This document shows positions 32,095 through 41,983 of a stretch of 64,000 nt of DNA, piece by piece (positions within the stretch are counted from its first letter, which is position 1; each line of letters begins with the position of its first letter). Source of the stretch: a virus. Taxonomy: Duplodnaviria > Caudoviricetes. A program made the position numbers and the translations under genes. The notes under the pieces were generated by a model that made no database searches, was not told the DNA's origin, and was given only the letters and a program-made list of their open reading frames with translations. The stretch is taken from IMG/VR virus record IMGVR_UViG_3300031994_000022. One strand, 5' to 3'.

Positions 32095-32592
32095 TTACGT
32101 ATCCTTTTCCTCATACATATTCAATACACCTTCGCCAATAAGAATCGCATCTGATTCATCATCTGACTTGGGTTTGATATTATATTTGTCCGTAACATAC
32201 TTTACAGAAAATTCTTTTTGTTCTTGTCTCTTTATTCCTTTACCGTTTGGAAAATCTGGGATATACTTACGCCACGAACTAGGCATAATACAATGAAACT
32301 CTGCATCATGAGTAATACACCATGTATATATAACTCCTTGGATACGATTAAGTTTCTTTTGTACTTCAGGATTACCATGACAATACGTATCCTCAATATA
32401 AACAATGGAAGGGTGGTAGTATTCCAATCCCTTCCATAGCTTTAATCCCATTTCTTTTTGCCTCTCTTCAGTATCCTTTATATTACTCATATCTATAATA
32501 TGAGATTCTATATACTTTCCATTTTCCCAAAGGGCAAGTCCAGAACATTTGGTTGAACAATCGAGACTTAACAATCTCGTTCTATTCATCAT
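32095..32592 (-). CDS. ruvC: RuvC-like Holliday junction resolvase
   Basis: LSLD.ST..SG.A, VYIED, P..W(R/K), and DDESDAILIG RNase-H-fold catalytic motifs. Confidence 0.8.
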   Translation of the reverse strand: MMNRTRLLSLDCSTKCSGLALWENGKYIESHIIDMSNIKDTEERQKEMGLKLWKGLEYYHPSIVYIEDTYCHGNPEVQKKLNRIQGVIYTWCITHDAEFHCIMPSSWRKYIPDFPNGKGIKRQEQKEFSVKYVTDKYNIKPKSDDESDAILIGEGVLNMYEEKDT

Positions 32593-33059
32593 CTATCCTC
32601 GCTTGTTAGTTTTACAGTCCAAGCACGTTTCTCTAAGAGTTCTTCGTATTTCCTCTTAAGATGATTGATACTTGCCACGGTAATATTATTCTTAAACTCC
32701 GGGTGAGTTTCTGTATATAATTCATAACGACAGATATCATCCATAACTTGATCCCACGAATCCTTAGAATGATCTCTTTCTTCCTGTACCTCATCTTCAA
32801 ATCTTAAAATACGAACCCTTATTGTTGTTGCTTGGTTCTCATCTACCTTTTTATCAATGGCATCTACTTTATCCCACAACGCTCTAATCCCTAAGAACTT
32901 TCCAATTAGTCCTCCTATCCACGACCATGGATTAAATTTAATTGGAGATATCTCAACTGCACTAAGTAGAAAAATAACTAAAGCAGTTTTCGCTCCCGGT
33001 ATAGAAATCAAGGATTTCCACATGTCATAAAACTGTGCAAATGTTGTCGCAAGTATCAT
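32589..33059 (-). CDS. Membrane protein of the lysis module (holin-associated)
   Basis: N-terminal TM segment, EISPIKFNPWSWI, R.RILRF.DE motif; adjacent to holin. Confidence 0.55.
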   Translation of the reverse strand: MILATTFAQFYDMWKSLISIPGAKTALVIFLLSAVEISPIKFNPWSWIGGLIGKFLGIRALWDKVDAIDKKVDENQATTIRVRILRFEDEVQEERDHSKDSWDQVMDDICRYELYTETHPEFKNNITVASINHLKRKYEELLEKRAWTVKLTSEDR

Positions 33060-33322
33060 ATCGTGTAATCATTATCCTTAGATAGTTGTTTATATACCTG
33101 ATGGATTGCTACCGCAACTGCACCGCTGGAGATGCCTTGTGCAACGGCGAGATATGATAATCCATTCATAAATATGCCTGAAATTCCTCCTAAAACTAAA
33201 GCTATAATAGGAATGAATTTATCTTTAATAAATCCAGCTTGTTTGATTGCATAACATATACAATATACAACCATGGCAATAACAGGAATACAGTATTCTT
33301 GTATTATTTCAGATATATCCAT
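33056..33322 (-). CDS. Holin
   Basis: 88 aa with three hydrophobic helices; KFIPII.LVLG...G..SG..AV..HQ.YKQ motif. Confidence 0.75.
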   Translation of the reverse strand: MDISEIIQEYCIPVIAMVVYCICYAIKQAGFIKDKFIPIIALVLGGISGIFMNGLSYLAVAQGISSGAVAVAIHQVYKQLSKDNDYTI

Positions 33323-33324
33323 AA

Positions 33325-34497
33325 TTAAACCTCCTCTTTTAAAAATAAAAACAAGTCTGCTATAGAATTATATTTGAATTCATTAGCATATATTAATTTA
33401 TAATTTAAATGATTGTTTTTTAAAATTTGTTCTTTTTTCTTTAGTTTTTCATAATAAGTTATTGTTTCAGTTGTTGTTGGTTTATAATCTTTTGACCACA
33501 ACATACCAACTATTTCAACATACCAATCTTTATTATTGTAATGAATCAAATAATCACAATTCATTGCTCCATTATAATGATTGTATTTATCAAGATTTTT
33601 ATATAATATATTTCTCTCATAATTTATATTATTATCAATTAACCAATTTGAGACCATACACTCATATGACGAATCACATTTCTCACCATTAGACAAATAA
33701 TATTCCGGTTGTCTATTATTAGGTTTATATCCATAATGAATACATGCTTGTCCCCAAGTTCCGAATCTTAATTTATATGCTTTTTCTCCAGGAAGATCAC
33801 TATTTTCTCTAAGTTCTCTAACAGTCGGAACCCTATTGTTTTTATTGACAAAATTCATAAAAGCATTTTCTAAATACTCATCAGTATATATATAATGCCC
33901 TCTAGGTTGATATCCATTTTGTTTTATAAAATTCGTGTATGTATTATAATTACGACAAATACAATGATATAAATCTATTCCATATTTATTATTCAATTCT
34001 TTTATTGTCGGAACTTTTTTATACTCGCTAACATAATTATCTAAAATATTGTCCAATACTTTTTTATCGTCATATTTATTCTTATATTTTCCATTATTTT
34101 CAACAATATAAGTATAGTTACTATTTCCACATAATTCTCGAACCTTATACCAACTTCCAAAATGCTTTCTATATGTCCGAGAACTTGGTAAACCAAATTG
34201 AGAACTATGTGTATCCCAATATTCGCAAGATGGGAAAAATCCATTTTCTTTCTCATACTTTTGAATTATTGCCAGTAGTTCATCATCAGAGTATTTTTTA
34301 CAAAAACTATCTAGAGACTTTGGTAAATTTAATTCGTCCTTCATATTACTCATATTTCCCCAAAGAGTAATAACTGTTTTATATATTTTATTCTCGTATA
34401 ATATTTTTTGTGTAATAATATTGTTCCATCCAATTTCTTCTTGTAACTCTAATAATTTTTCTATACATTCTTCCTTTGTGCATTTTAATTTTCCCAT
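33325..34497 (-). CDS. Free-standing homing-endonuclease-like protein (repeats plus PD-(D/E)xK-like nuclease)
   Basis: Repeated Y(S/T)DE.L...(F/V)P(S/T)......LP....Y...FG.W units; C-terminal DS.YE...L....I.YE...CDY.I....YVE..G; AT-richer than neighbours. Confidence 0.7.
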   Translation of the reverse strand: MGKLKCTKEECIEKLLELQEEIGWNNIITQKILYENKIYKTVITLWGNMSNMKDELNLPKSLDSFCKKYSDDELLAIIQKYEKENGFFPSCEYWDTHSSQFGLPSSRTYRKHFGSWYKVRELCGNSNYTYIVENNGKYKNKYDDKKVLDNILDNYVSEYKKVPTIKELNNKYGIDLYHCICRNYNTYTNFIKQNGYQPRGHYIYTDEYLENAFMNFVNKNNRVPTVRELRENSDLPGEKAYKLRFGTWGQACIHYGYKPNNRQPEYYLSNGEKCDSSYECMVSNWLIDNNINYERNILYKNLDKYNHYNGAMNCDYLIHYNNKDWYVEIVGMLWSKDYKPTTTETITYYEKLKKKEQILKNNHLNYKLIYANEFKYNSIADLFLFLKEEV

Positions 34498-34538
34498 TAT
34501 TATTCCCCTTTCCTACATCTCTCCACAAAAAATAAAAA

Positions 34539-34605
34539 GTGCAGAAGAGTAGCGTGGAAAGGATACTACTCTCATAAAGGTCATGACTCCTTTATGTTTC
34601 TGCAC
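34539..34605 (-). ncRNA. Three-way-junction RNA leader upstream of the endonuclease
   Basis: GUGCAGAA/UUCUGCAC closes two hairpins (CAUAAAGG/CCUUUAUG and AGAGUAGU/GCUACUCU), followed by a U-run. Confidence 0.65.
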
Positions 34606-34643
34606 AAAAATAATAACAACCAATATGGTTGATATTAACTCCT

Positions 34644-35678
34644 TTATATTTCACTTATAGATTTTTGTTTAATTTGTTTTATCCCATTTTCATCAAAATA
34701 TTTTCCTATATTTTCATCTGCTGAAATATCCGTATATAAACTGACCATATCAGCCGATTCCCAATTAACAATATCTTGTATTACATTAGTAGGTATATTA
34801 TTCTTCACTAAAGCAGTTGTAAAATAATGTCTCAAACTGTGCCAATAAAAATCTTTACCTAAGAACTTTGTATAATTAGAACTCCATCCGTCCATAGTAT
34901 CTATAGACATAGGTTTTGAATAATCATTCATATTAGGGAATAACCATTCACTATCAATATTATTTTCTTGTCTATATTCAAGCCAAAGTTTTAAATACGG
35001 ATCAAATGGTTTTTTTAAAACATATAATTGTATTTCTTTACCTCTAGCTCCTCGTCCTTTGGTTTTAACTTTTTCGGGAGTTTTATATAACGAACCGAAT
35101 AAAACATTTTCTTCATTAAAATAAGATACCTTAAATCTAGGTATCTCGGATTTTCTTCTCCCTGAATTAATAGCAAGTGATACACAACAAGCTTGTCTAT
35201 ATTTTTTTTGTTCAACAAGCCATCCAAGAAGACTTTCTATTTCATCTTCGGTAAAAATTGTTTTTTCACGTACAGTTTGATTTACAGGAGATTCTATTTT
35301 TTTAATCACACTTCTATAATTAAAATATTCTTCTTCTTCATCGAGTATATTTTCAATATAATTTGAAAGAGAAGAAAGTGTTGATTTTACTCTTCTTATT
35401 CTTTTAGGACTCCATCCCCATTCACTAATAGCGTGATTTTGAAATCTTGCAAACTCACGCTTTGTGATTTCTGTAAATCTCTTATTGTTGTTATTTTTTA
35501 AATTATAAACAAAGAATATATCAAGATCTGATTTATATTGAGAAATAGTATTAGGTGATCTATCAATTGATTTAAGATAATCTAAAAAATCATTTGATAA
35601 TTCTATGTTTTCCGGAAGAATCTGTGATAGAGATTCTTCGTCTGTGATGTTATTATATACTGTCTTTCTTCCTATCAA
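34644..35678 (-). CDS. Tyrosine recombinase/integrase
   Basis: SG.R.SE, KTKG, HSLRHYF and ..LY catalytic motifs (W at the second His/Trp position). Confidence 0.9.
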   Translation of the reverse strand: MIGRKTVYNNITDEESLSQILPENIELSNDFLDYLKSIDRSPNTISQYKSDLDIFFVYNLKNNNNKRFTEITKREFARFQNHAISEWGWSPKRIRRVKSTLSSLSNYIENILDEEEEYFNYRSVIKKIESPVNQTVREKTIFTEDEIESLLGWLVEQKKYRQACCVSLAINSGRRKSEIPRFKVSYFNEENVLFGSLYKTPEKVKTKGRGARGKEIQLYVLKKPFDPYLKLWLEYRQENNIDSEWLFPNMNDYSKPMSIDTMDGWSSNYTKFLGKDFYWHSLRHYFTTALVKNNIPTNVIQDIVNWESADMVSLYTDISADENIGKYFDENGIKQIKQKSISEI

Positions 35679-35776
35679 ATTCCTCCTATTTTTTTGTAAT
35701 AATGTTTGTAAATATAAACATTAACATTATTTTTGATTAATAACTTATTCTATGTTACTATTCAAAATTTACGTTA

Positions 35777-36886
35777 CTATATCAGTTCCAATATACTTTT
35801 TAATACCTTTACAACATATTCAATATCTTCATATGTGTTCTGATTGCTAAGTGTAAACCGTACACATTCCAATGCTTCTTCGTCACTAAGTCCATACGCT
35901 GTTGCTACATGACTAGGTTTATCCGAATCTGACGAACAAGCTGAACCAGTACCTATATAGATTCCATATTCATTAAGTAAATTCTGTAAACTCATTCCTG
36001 ATACCCCAGGGAATCTTATATATATATTATTTGGCAATCTACTTTCTCGCGAACCCACAAGTATTCCACCCAGCTCTTCGAGATAGCTCAATAAAACATC
36101 TCTTTTATGTTGAAGATCGGAATTGTTATAATCCAATAACTCGAACGCCATCCCAAGACTTGCAATAAGTGGAGTAGGATATGTGCCACCAACTAATCCT
36201 TGTTCACCAAAAATAACAGGAGTTACTTTATCTTGCAGTTCTTGACGCACGTAAAGTAATCCGCTACCTTTTAATCCTCCAATCTTTTGACCAGACATTG
36301 ATAATGCGTCTATACCCATTTTATTAACATTAATGGGATAGTATGGAATATATTGTGTAGCGTCTACATGAAGATATCCACCAAATTTATGAACTAATTT
36401 GGCAATATACTTAATTGGTTGTATAACACCGCTTTCTGAATTAGCCATCTGAATACTGACAAGAAATGGCTTAGATTTTGCTTCACACAGTACTAGAGTT
36501 TCGTATAACGAATCAGTATTAATAATTCCATCTTCATATACGTCCAACATACATTTCGAATATGGAAGCCAATCGTATAATTCCATAATGTCGTTATGTT
36601 CTACGCAACTTGTAATAAACATAATTTCAGGACGTTTGCGCATTACGCCTTGAATTAATATATTATTTGACATTGTTGCCCCAGATGTAAAAAATATTTC
36701 ATCTTGTCTGCACGATAATTTAGATGCAATAATATCTTGTGTATTCGATATTATATTCATAGCATCCAAACCAGGAGAATGAACTGAACTAGGATTTGCA
36801 TAATATATTTCGGCAATTTCTGTAAATTTTGTCAATATATATGGATCAACTTTTGTACTTGCAGCATTGTCTAAATATATCCCCAT
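35777..36886 (-). CDS. iscS: Cysteine desulfurase (IscS/NifS family)
   Basis: IYLDNAAST, ANPSS.H, FTSGAT, HVDATQ, SGQK (PLP Lys) and GSACSS (catalytic Cys). Confidence 0.9.
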   Translation of the reverse strand: MGIYLDNAASTKVDPYILTKFTEIAEIYYANPSSVHSPGLDAMNIISNTQDIIASKLSCRQDEIFFTSGATMSNNILIQGVMRKRPEIMFITSCVEHNDIMELYDWLPYSKCMLDVYEDGIINTDSLYETLVLCEAKSKPFLVSIQMANSESGVIQPIKYIAKLVHKFGGYLHVDATQYIPYYPINVNKMGIDALSMSGQKIGGLKGSGLLYVRQELQDKVTPVIFGEQGLVGGTYPTPLIASLGMAFELLDYNNSDLQHKRDVLLSYLEELGGILVGSRESRLPNNIYIRFPGVSGMSLQNLLNEYGIYIGTGSACSSDSDKPSHVATAYGLSDEEALECVRFTLSNQNTYEDIEYVVKVLKSILELI

Positions 36887-36890
36887 AACA

Positions 36891-37091
36891 TCACCGCCTA
36901 TCTAACCATTCTTTATATAATAGATAGGTCTCATCACGTTTAAACAAAAAAACAACAATCGGTTGTTGTGTGTGAGAATCTATACTAGGGTAAATATCTA
37001 CAGGTTCAATCCCTTTGCCCCAATAAAAAGCTGCTTGTTTGGGATTGAGTATAGGTATGTATTTGTCTAAATTTATATTTTTATTATCCAT
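36891..37091 (-). CDS. Small hypothetical protein
   Basis: KQ..F....G..P.DIY motif shared with the upstream gene. Confidence 0.6.
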   Translation of the reverse strand: MDNKNINLDKYIPILNPKQAAFYWGKGIEPVDIYPSIDSHTQQPIVVFLFKRDETYLLYKEWLDRR

Positions 37092-37130
37092 TTATTTCCT
37101 CCAATCACTTTCAAACAATAATGACTGTTA

Positions 37131-37310
37131 TTATACAAAAGTAGATTTTTCAAACAGCATTACCAACTTGCCATTTCCATCTACATATATATCACATGGA
37201 TACATTCCAAAGGCTATAAATACTCGTTGTTTATCATTATCCGTTACTCGAATAACTTTAGTAGGATTATATTCATGTGTATTGAAATTTGGTTGTACTA
37301 TCATTTCCAT
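37131..37310 (-). CDS. Small hypothetical protein (paralogue of 36891-37091)
   Basis: Likely ATG at 37310 after AAGGAG; KQ..FI..G..P.DIY....LV.LFEK. Confidence 0.55.
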   Translation of the reverse strand: MEMIVQPNFNTHEYNPTKVIRVTDNDKQRVFIAFGMYPCDIYVDGNGKLVMLFEKSTFV

Positions 37311-37338
37311 TTTCTCCTTAAAAAAGGAAGAGCCAATA

Positions 37339-37821
37339 CTACTCTTCAGTATTGGCTTCCTCTGTATATTTCTTATGATATCTTCTAGTTCTACGAGGTT
37401 TATACTCTGTTTGAACTGGTTCAGATTCTTCTGCTTGAGTCTCTTCGACAACTGGAGTTTCTACGTCTACCTCCTGATTAGTTGTTTGAGTCTCAACAAT
37501 AACATTCTCTTCAATAACCGGAGTTTCTGTAACAACCGTTTCTTCTTTAACCACTGGTGCAGAAGAGAAGAGTGTATTTAGTTTATTCTGTAATTTCTGA
37601 GAAAACTGTGAGTAATCTGTAATATTATGTTTAATTAAAACCTGCTGAATATCTTCTTTAGTTTTTTTACCAATATTATAACCACCAATAACCTCATATA
37701 AGTCATGGCATTTTTCACTATCAAAATTATACATCCACTTTGGCAGAGAATTATATTCTCCACAATTTGGACAATACTGATATGATTTACCACAGAAAAT
37801 ACAGTTTCTTTCTTTAGCCAT
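37339..37821 (-). CDS. Zinc-finger protein with acidic/basic low-complexity tail
   Basis: CIFCGKSY.YCPNC N-terminus. Confidence 0.65.
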   Translation of the reverse strand: MAKERNCIFCGKSYQYCPNCGEYNSLPKWMYNFDSEKCHDLYEVIGGYNIGKKTKEDIQQVLIKHNITDYSQFSQKLQNKLNTLFSSAPVVKEETVVTETPVIEENVIVETQTTNQEVDVETPVVEETQAEESEPVQTEYKPRRTRRYHKKYTEEANTEE

Positions 37822-37891
37822 AATAAGTTCCTCCTTACTAAAAAGGGGCTATCTAAAAAAGATAACCCCCTTTATTCAAAATCAGTTCTTA

Positions 37892-38722
37892 TTAGCCAAT
37901 GAACTGCTTTGTATCATAATCATCTGTATCATCTGCAAGTGCGATGTAATACAGAACCTGATTCTTTGCACAGTAATCCTTGAAAGCTGTAGCTGAGAAA
38001 TTCTGAGTTGACTCAGTATCTACAGTCCAATCGAAGTCCGGACTCATCTGGAACTTCTCGAATACAATGTAAAGAGCAAGAACCTCTTCAGACTCACAAA
38101 GGTCTGAACAAAGTACTCTAAATGTAGCCTTGCACTCCTTAGGGAACTTATCGCCCTGTACATTAACTCTTGCAGCAACGATATCTTGACCCACTTTACG
38201 CTCATACTTAATCTGTACAGTATTTGTTACATCTGTAGGAAGCTTAAGAGTTGTTCCTGAGAGTACATATTTACCTGCTTCTGGCTGAGGATCCTCACCT
38301 TCGGCTGGTACATACTTCTTCTCAACATCAACATTACCATTGTCTGTTGTACCATAAACCTTGAGTGTTCCCGCAATTGGTGCTTCTGGAAGTTCAACAA
38401 TTCCTGTTCCCTTATCTGCGAGGAATATTCTTGGCATTATTACATCAGTACCAGTTACCTTAGATGTACCACCATTCTGAAGTGCGAAAAGGTTAAGTGA
38501 GAATGTAGCATTCTCTCCAGAAACCTCAACAGACTTCGATGTAAAGTATCTCTTAAGAAGTGCTCCCTGAGCATCTGTCTTATCTTTTGTCTCGGAAGTT
38601 GTATTGATTGAGAAATTAGAAATCTGATCAAGAACTGCGAGGATATCGCCAGTTGACTTAGACTCAAACCATCCGTCTACGACTCTATCAATAACAAGAT
38701 TATCAAAACTTGTAATAGCCAT
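37892..38722 (-). CDS. Major tail tube protein (putative)
   Basis: Size and position after the neck genes, strong RBS, downstream terminator, beta-rich composition. Confidence 0.65.
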   Translation of the reverse strand: MAITSFDNLVIDRVVDGWFESKSTGDILAVLDQISNFSINTTSETKDKTDAQGALLKRYFTSKSVEVSGENATFSLNLFALQNGGTSKVTGTDVIMPRIFLADKGTGIVELPEAPIAGTLKVYGTTDNGNVDVEKKYVPAEGEDPQPEAGKYVLSGTTLKLPTDVTNTVQIKYERKVGQDIVAARVNVQGDKFPKECKATFRVLCSDLCESEEVLALYIVFEKFQMSPDFDWTVDTESTQNFSATAFKDYCAKNQVLYYIALADDTDDYDTKQFIG

Positions 38723-38758
38723 AATTCTATTCTCCTTTTCTAAAAATTAAAAAAGACA

Positions 38759-39637
38759 CTACTTTTTTGTAGCGTCTTCATTCATAGGCTTTATATTCAA
38801 GCTCTCTCCATTAACCGAGAGAGAATCTTTAAGTGTTTTACCACCACGTTTATTATACTTATCATCACTATACATCCACTGAAAATTGCTAGATGGAATT
38901 TTGGATGTATCGACAAATCCCGACATACTTCCTTGAAACATAGCACAAGCTTGTTTTTTACCTTGAATTTGAATAAGGGATTTAGTAAATTGATATAATG
39001 TAAGAGAATAGGCAGTTTCATATGTATATGGAAATTCTTCAGTATTAACTAAAGATATAATTCCATTATGAAACATTGATTCGTATTTATCATTTTTGTG
39101 CCTAGCACGTTGTCGTCTATCATCCAAGATAAGTATTTTAGCGGTTGCTTTATTAGCGGCTTTCCTACCTTTATGTTGAAAGCCAATCATTTCTCTAACA
39201 TAAGGTATCATTTCTTGATACAATTGTTCAGTAAAAATATATTGCGCGGGTTCATATTTTACACCATTTATTGTTAGTGGTTCTAAATTAACAAGTACAA
39301 TCTGACCTTCAGTATCGTCTTTGTTTTCCTTATAATTCATTGGAGTTAATTTTGAAAAGTCTAAATCTCCAAATATCAACCTAGTATCTTCAACATTAAA
39401 ACTATGTGTGATTTGAATGAAAAATTGCCAATCCGATACAGACATAAAATCTATGCCAGCATCTGCAAAAGTACTTGGCATATCCCATGCACAAGAACAC
39501 ATTAACCATATTGTGTTGGTAAATTTTTCTTCTCCTGCATCTGTAATCTGATCAATAGTTGGTTGATATATGGTCAACAAATCACTAATCTTAATCGGCT
39601 TACCTCTTAGTATCTTTAATTTATCTATTTCAGCCAC
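38759..39637 (-). CDS. Hypothetical neck/tail protein
   Basis: I.QPT...I and L(T).YQF motifs; position. Confidence 0.55.
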   Translation of the reverse strand: MAEIDKLKILRGKPIKISDLLTIYQPTIDQITDAGEEKFTNTIWLMCSCAWDMPSTFADAGIDFMSVSDWQFFIQITHSFNVEDTRLIFGDLDFSKLTPMNYKENKDDTEGQIVLVNLEPLTINGVKYEPAQYIFTEQLYQEMIPYVREMIGFQHKGRKAANKATAKILILDDRRQRARHKNDKYESMFHNGIISLVNTEEFPYTYETAYSLTLYQFTKSLIQIQGKKQACAMFQGSMSGFVDTSKIPSSNFQWMYSDDKYNKRGGKTLKDSLSVNGESLNIKPMNEDATKK

Positions 39638-39639
39638 AA

Positions 39640-40209
39640 TTAACGCCTCAGATTAAAAGTTCGTCCGTCAGCCCTAGTTAGTGAATTTGTTGTCTTTTGT
39701 TCAAACACAAGAGTACGAGTAGAATATGAATTATCCGTAACACTTGGTTTATCAGATACGAGTTTTAATTCATTTCCAAAAATATTAGAACCATTGAATT
39801 TATCTATAATTATTCCCGCAATTAAATCTTTTCGAGCTGCTCCGATTTCTTCGACAATACCATTAGCCTCATGACACAAAATATAAAAAATGATTTCTTG
39901 ATATTTGATTGCTGGATTATATCTAGCGTTATCATCAAATGAAACCTCATAACATATAAAATTTTGCACATCGGTTTGTGTCTCTGGAATAATATATTCT
40001 GGACGAATATTTACTCCAAAATACTCATCATTCTCGGATTCAGCATCTTCAAGTTTTTTATTATTTAAAAGCCATATAAGAATGTCATCATCTAAAAGCT
40101 GTTGCTTTATGATTTCTTTATATCTAATATCATCTTCATTTGGCTTTTTCATTAAATCTATAAGATATTGTTTCTGCTCAGGTAAGAGCTTGCGCTTTCT
40201 TTCTTGCAT
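39640..40209 (-). CDS. Putative tail terminator/completion protein
   Basis: I.P...IPETQ....NFICYE..F...R.DL.A..I...FN; position. Confidence 0.5.
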   Translation of the reverse strand: MQERKRKLLPEQKQYLIDLMKKPNEDDIRYKEIIKQQLLDDDILIWLLNNKKLEDAESENDEYFGVNIRPEYIIPETQTDVQNFICYEVSFDDNARYNPAIKYQEIIFYILCHEANGIVEEIGAARKDLIAGIIIDKFNGSNIFGNELKLVSDKPSVTDNSYSTRTLVFEQKTTNSLTRADGRTFNLRR

Positions 40210-40220
40210 ACTCCACCTCC

Positions 40221-40867
40221 TTATAGACTAACGATTTGAAGTTGAAGAGTTCCAACTATATCATCTCGTATATTTTTAATTGTTAATACCTTACCTAAGT
40301 AATTTTCATCTCCTAAGAATTTTATTTTAATTATATTAGGAGAATCACTTTCTATAACTTTAATCAATTCCCCAACATTTATATCATCGATCCAATATGA
40401 CCATTCGCCCGGAGTTTGATCTTTTAATATTTCGTTGGAATTATAATAGGTAAGAATTATTTTTTTATAAGAACCATTGACTTTGATATGTGGTTCTGTA
40501 CCAGCATAAGTAATTTCAGCATAGGTACCGTAATCTTCTGAAGATGGGGTAGTAGTATCTTCGGATGGGAGATTAGATTCTTTGTAGTAATCCGCCCACA
40601 TTCCGAGAAGCTTTCCGTTTTCATCACGTTCTATATAATCATGATTTTGGTCAAAAACATCTTGTGCGAATGTGAACATTATATTACCTTTATGAGCTAA
40701 TCCCTCTACTTTTGTAGTACGCCATGTTATTGGCTCCGGAAGATCAGCACTTATTATAGTACGAGTATTATAAAAGAGAGTTTTTGTTATATCATTATAT
40801 GGAAGAATAGCCTTAGTCTGATTTTCAACTACTTCCGTCTTGTATGAAAACCAAACTCCAGAATTAT
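40221..40867 (-). CDS. Neck/head-closure protein, exon 2
   Basis: Frame is open from 40867 (NSGVWFSYKTEVVENQTKAILP...) into the track's 152-aa ORF. Confidence 0.75.
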
Positions 40868-40891
40868 CAAATATGTTACTTTATTAGTTCG

Positions 40892-41890
40892 TTAATCTAA
40901 TAAAGAATTATTTATATTATAGTAATTGCAAAATCTATCGTATTTACGTTGAAGAAATAAATCTGCATCTTTATATAACCAATCTAAAAATATTTTACAA
41001 ACATTCCTACCACTTATTGTAAAAACTTTAGTAATTCCATTATGACAAGACGCATCATATATTCCAGGATTTATAGAAAGAATGTTTTGACAGTACTTTT
41101 GTAAATCTTTACAGTAATCTTCGGTTGCAGTAATAGTAACAATGATAGGTTTATTATTTTCATTTCTATATGATTGACATATACTACCATCTCCATCAAA
41201 AACCCCTCTGGTATAATGAGATAATAATTTTTCATCAATCCAATTAGGAAAACCTATTTTTAAACTTTTATCAGGAACTATACCTTTATCATTTAACATT
41301 TCACATATATGTTTGCTAAATATATTTAAACGATACTGATTTTTATACAAATATCCAAAATCATGTTTATTTGAATAATCTAAATATTCTAATGGCTTTT
41401 CACTTCCAATTTCTACCCTCACTCTTTCTAAAATATCCCGGTCTTCCTCTTGTAAAGAAATACTTACGGTTGATTTACTAATATTATTAGAACCATCTGA
41501 ATGTAATAATCCCATAATATAAGCTTTATTTGGAGTGTCTATATTATCAAAATATGTTTCGTTTAATTTATATTTACGTGCAAACCTTTTTTGATCCGGT
41601 TTAATTCCCATGTCTCGTAATATTCTCAATATAGGTTTGTGCCCACAATTATACATTTTTCCTATTTCTACACTCGATTTTCCGTTTATATAATTTTGCT
41701 TTATATTTTCTTTTTCAATATCCGTGATATATCTATAATCAAATCCATGATTAATACTATCTGTTTGTTTTAAATATTTATAAACAGTAGTATTAGACAC
41801 ATTGTAATTATTACATATATCATAAACAGACATTCCTTCTTTGTATTTTTGCACAATAGTATTAATTGTATCATCAGATAATTTATACAT
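40892..41890 (-). CDS. Intron-encoded LAGLIDADG homing endonuclease with N-terminal HTH repeats
   Basis: AYIMGLLHSDGS and HYTRGVFDGDGSI motifs; likely ATG at 41890 after GGAGG. Confidence 0.85.
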   Translation of the reverse strand: MYKLSDDTINTIVQKYKEGMSVYDICNNYNVSNTTVYKYLKQTDSINHGFDYRYITDIEKENIKQNYINGKSSVEIGKMYNCGHKPILRILRDMGIKPDQKRFARKYKLNETYFDNIDTPNKAYIMGLLHSDGSNNISKSTVSISLQEEDRDILERVRVEIGSEKPLEYLDYSNKHDFGYLYKNQYRLNIFSKHICEMLNDKGIVPDKSLKIGFPNWIDEKLLSHYTRGVFDGDGSICQSYRNENNKPIIVTITATEDYCKDLQKYCQNILSINPGIYDASCHNGITKVFTISGRNVCKIFLDWLYKDADLFLQRKYDRFCNYYNINNSLLD

Positions 41891-41923
41891 GTTTTTATTC
41901 CTCCGAAAAATAAACATAATAAA

Positions 41924-41983
41924 AAGACAGTAATCTTCGTATTCGGAGTACGAAGAAAGGGGAGCTACCCCATGTCCTGTCTT
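41924..41983 (-). ncRNA. Three-way-junction RNA leader upstream of the LAGLIDADG ORF
   Basis: AAGACAG/CUGUCUU closes a GGGG-UAGCU-CCCC hairpin and a CUUCGUA-CUCCGAA-UACGAAG hairpin, followed by a U-run. Confidence 0.65.
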
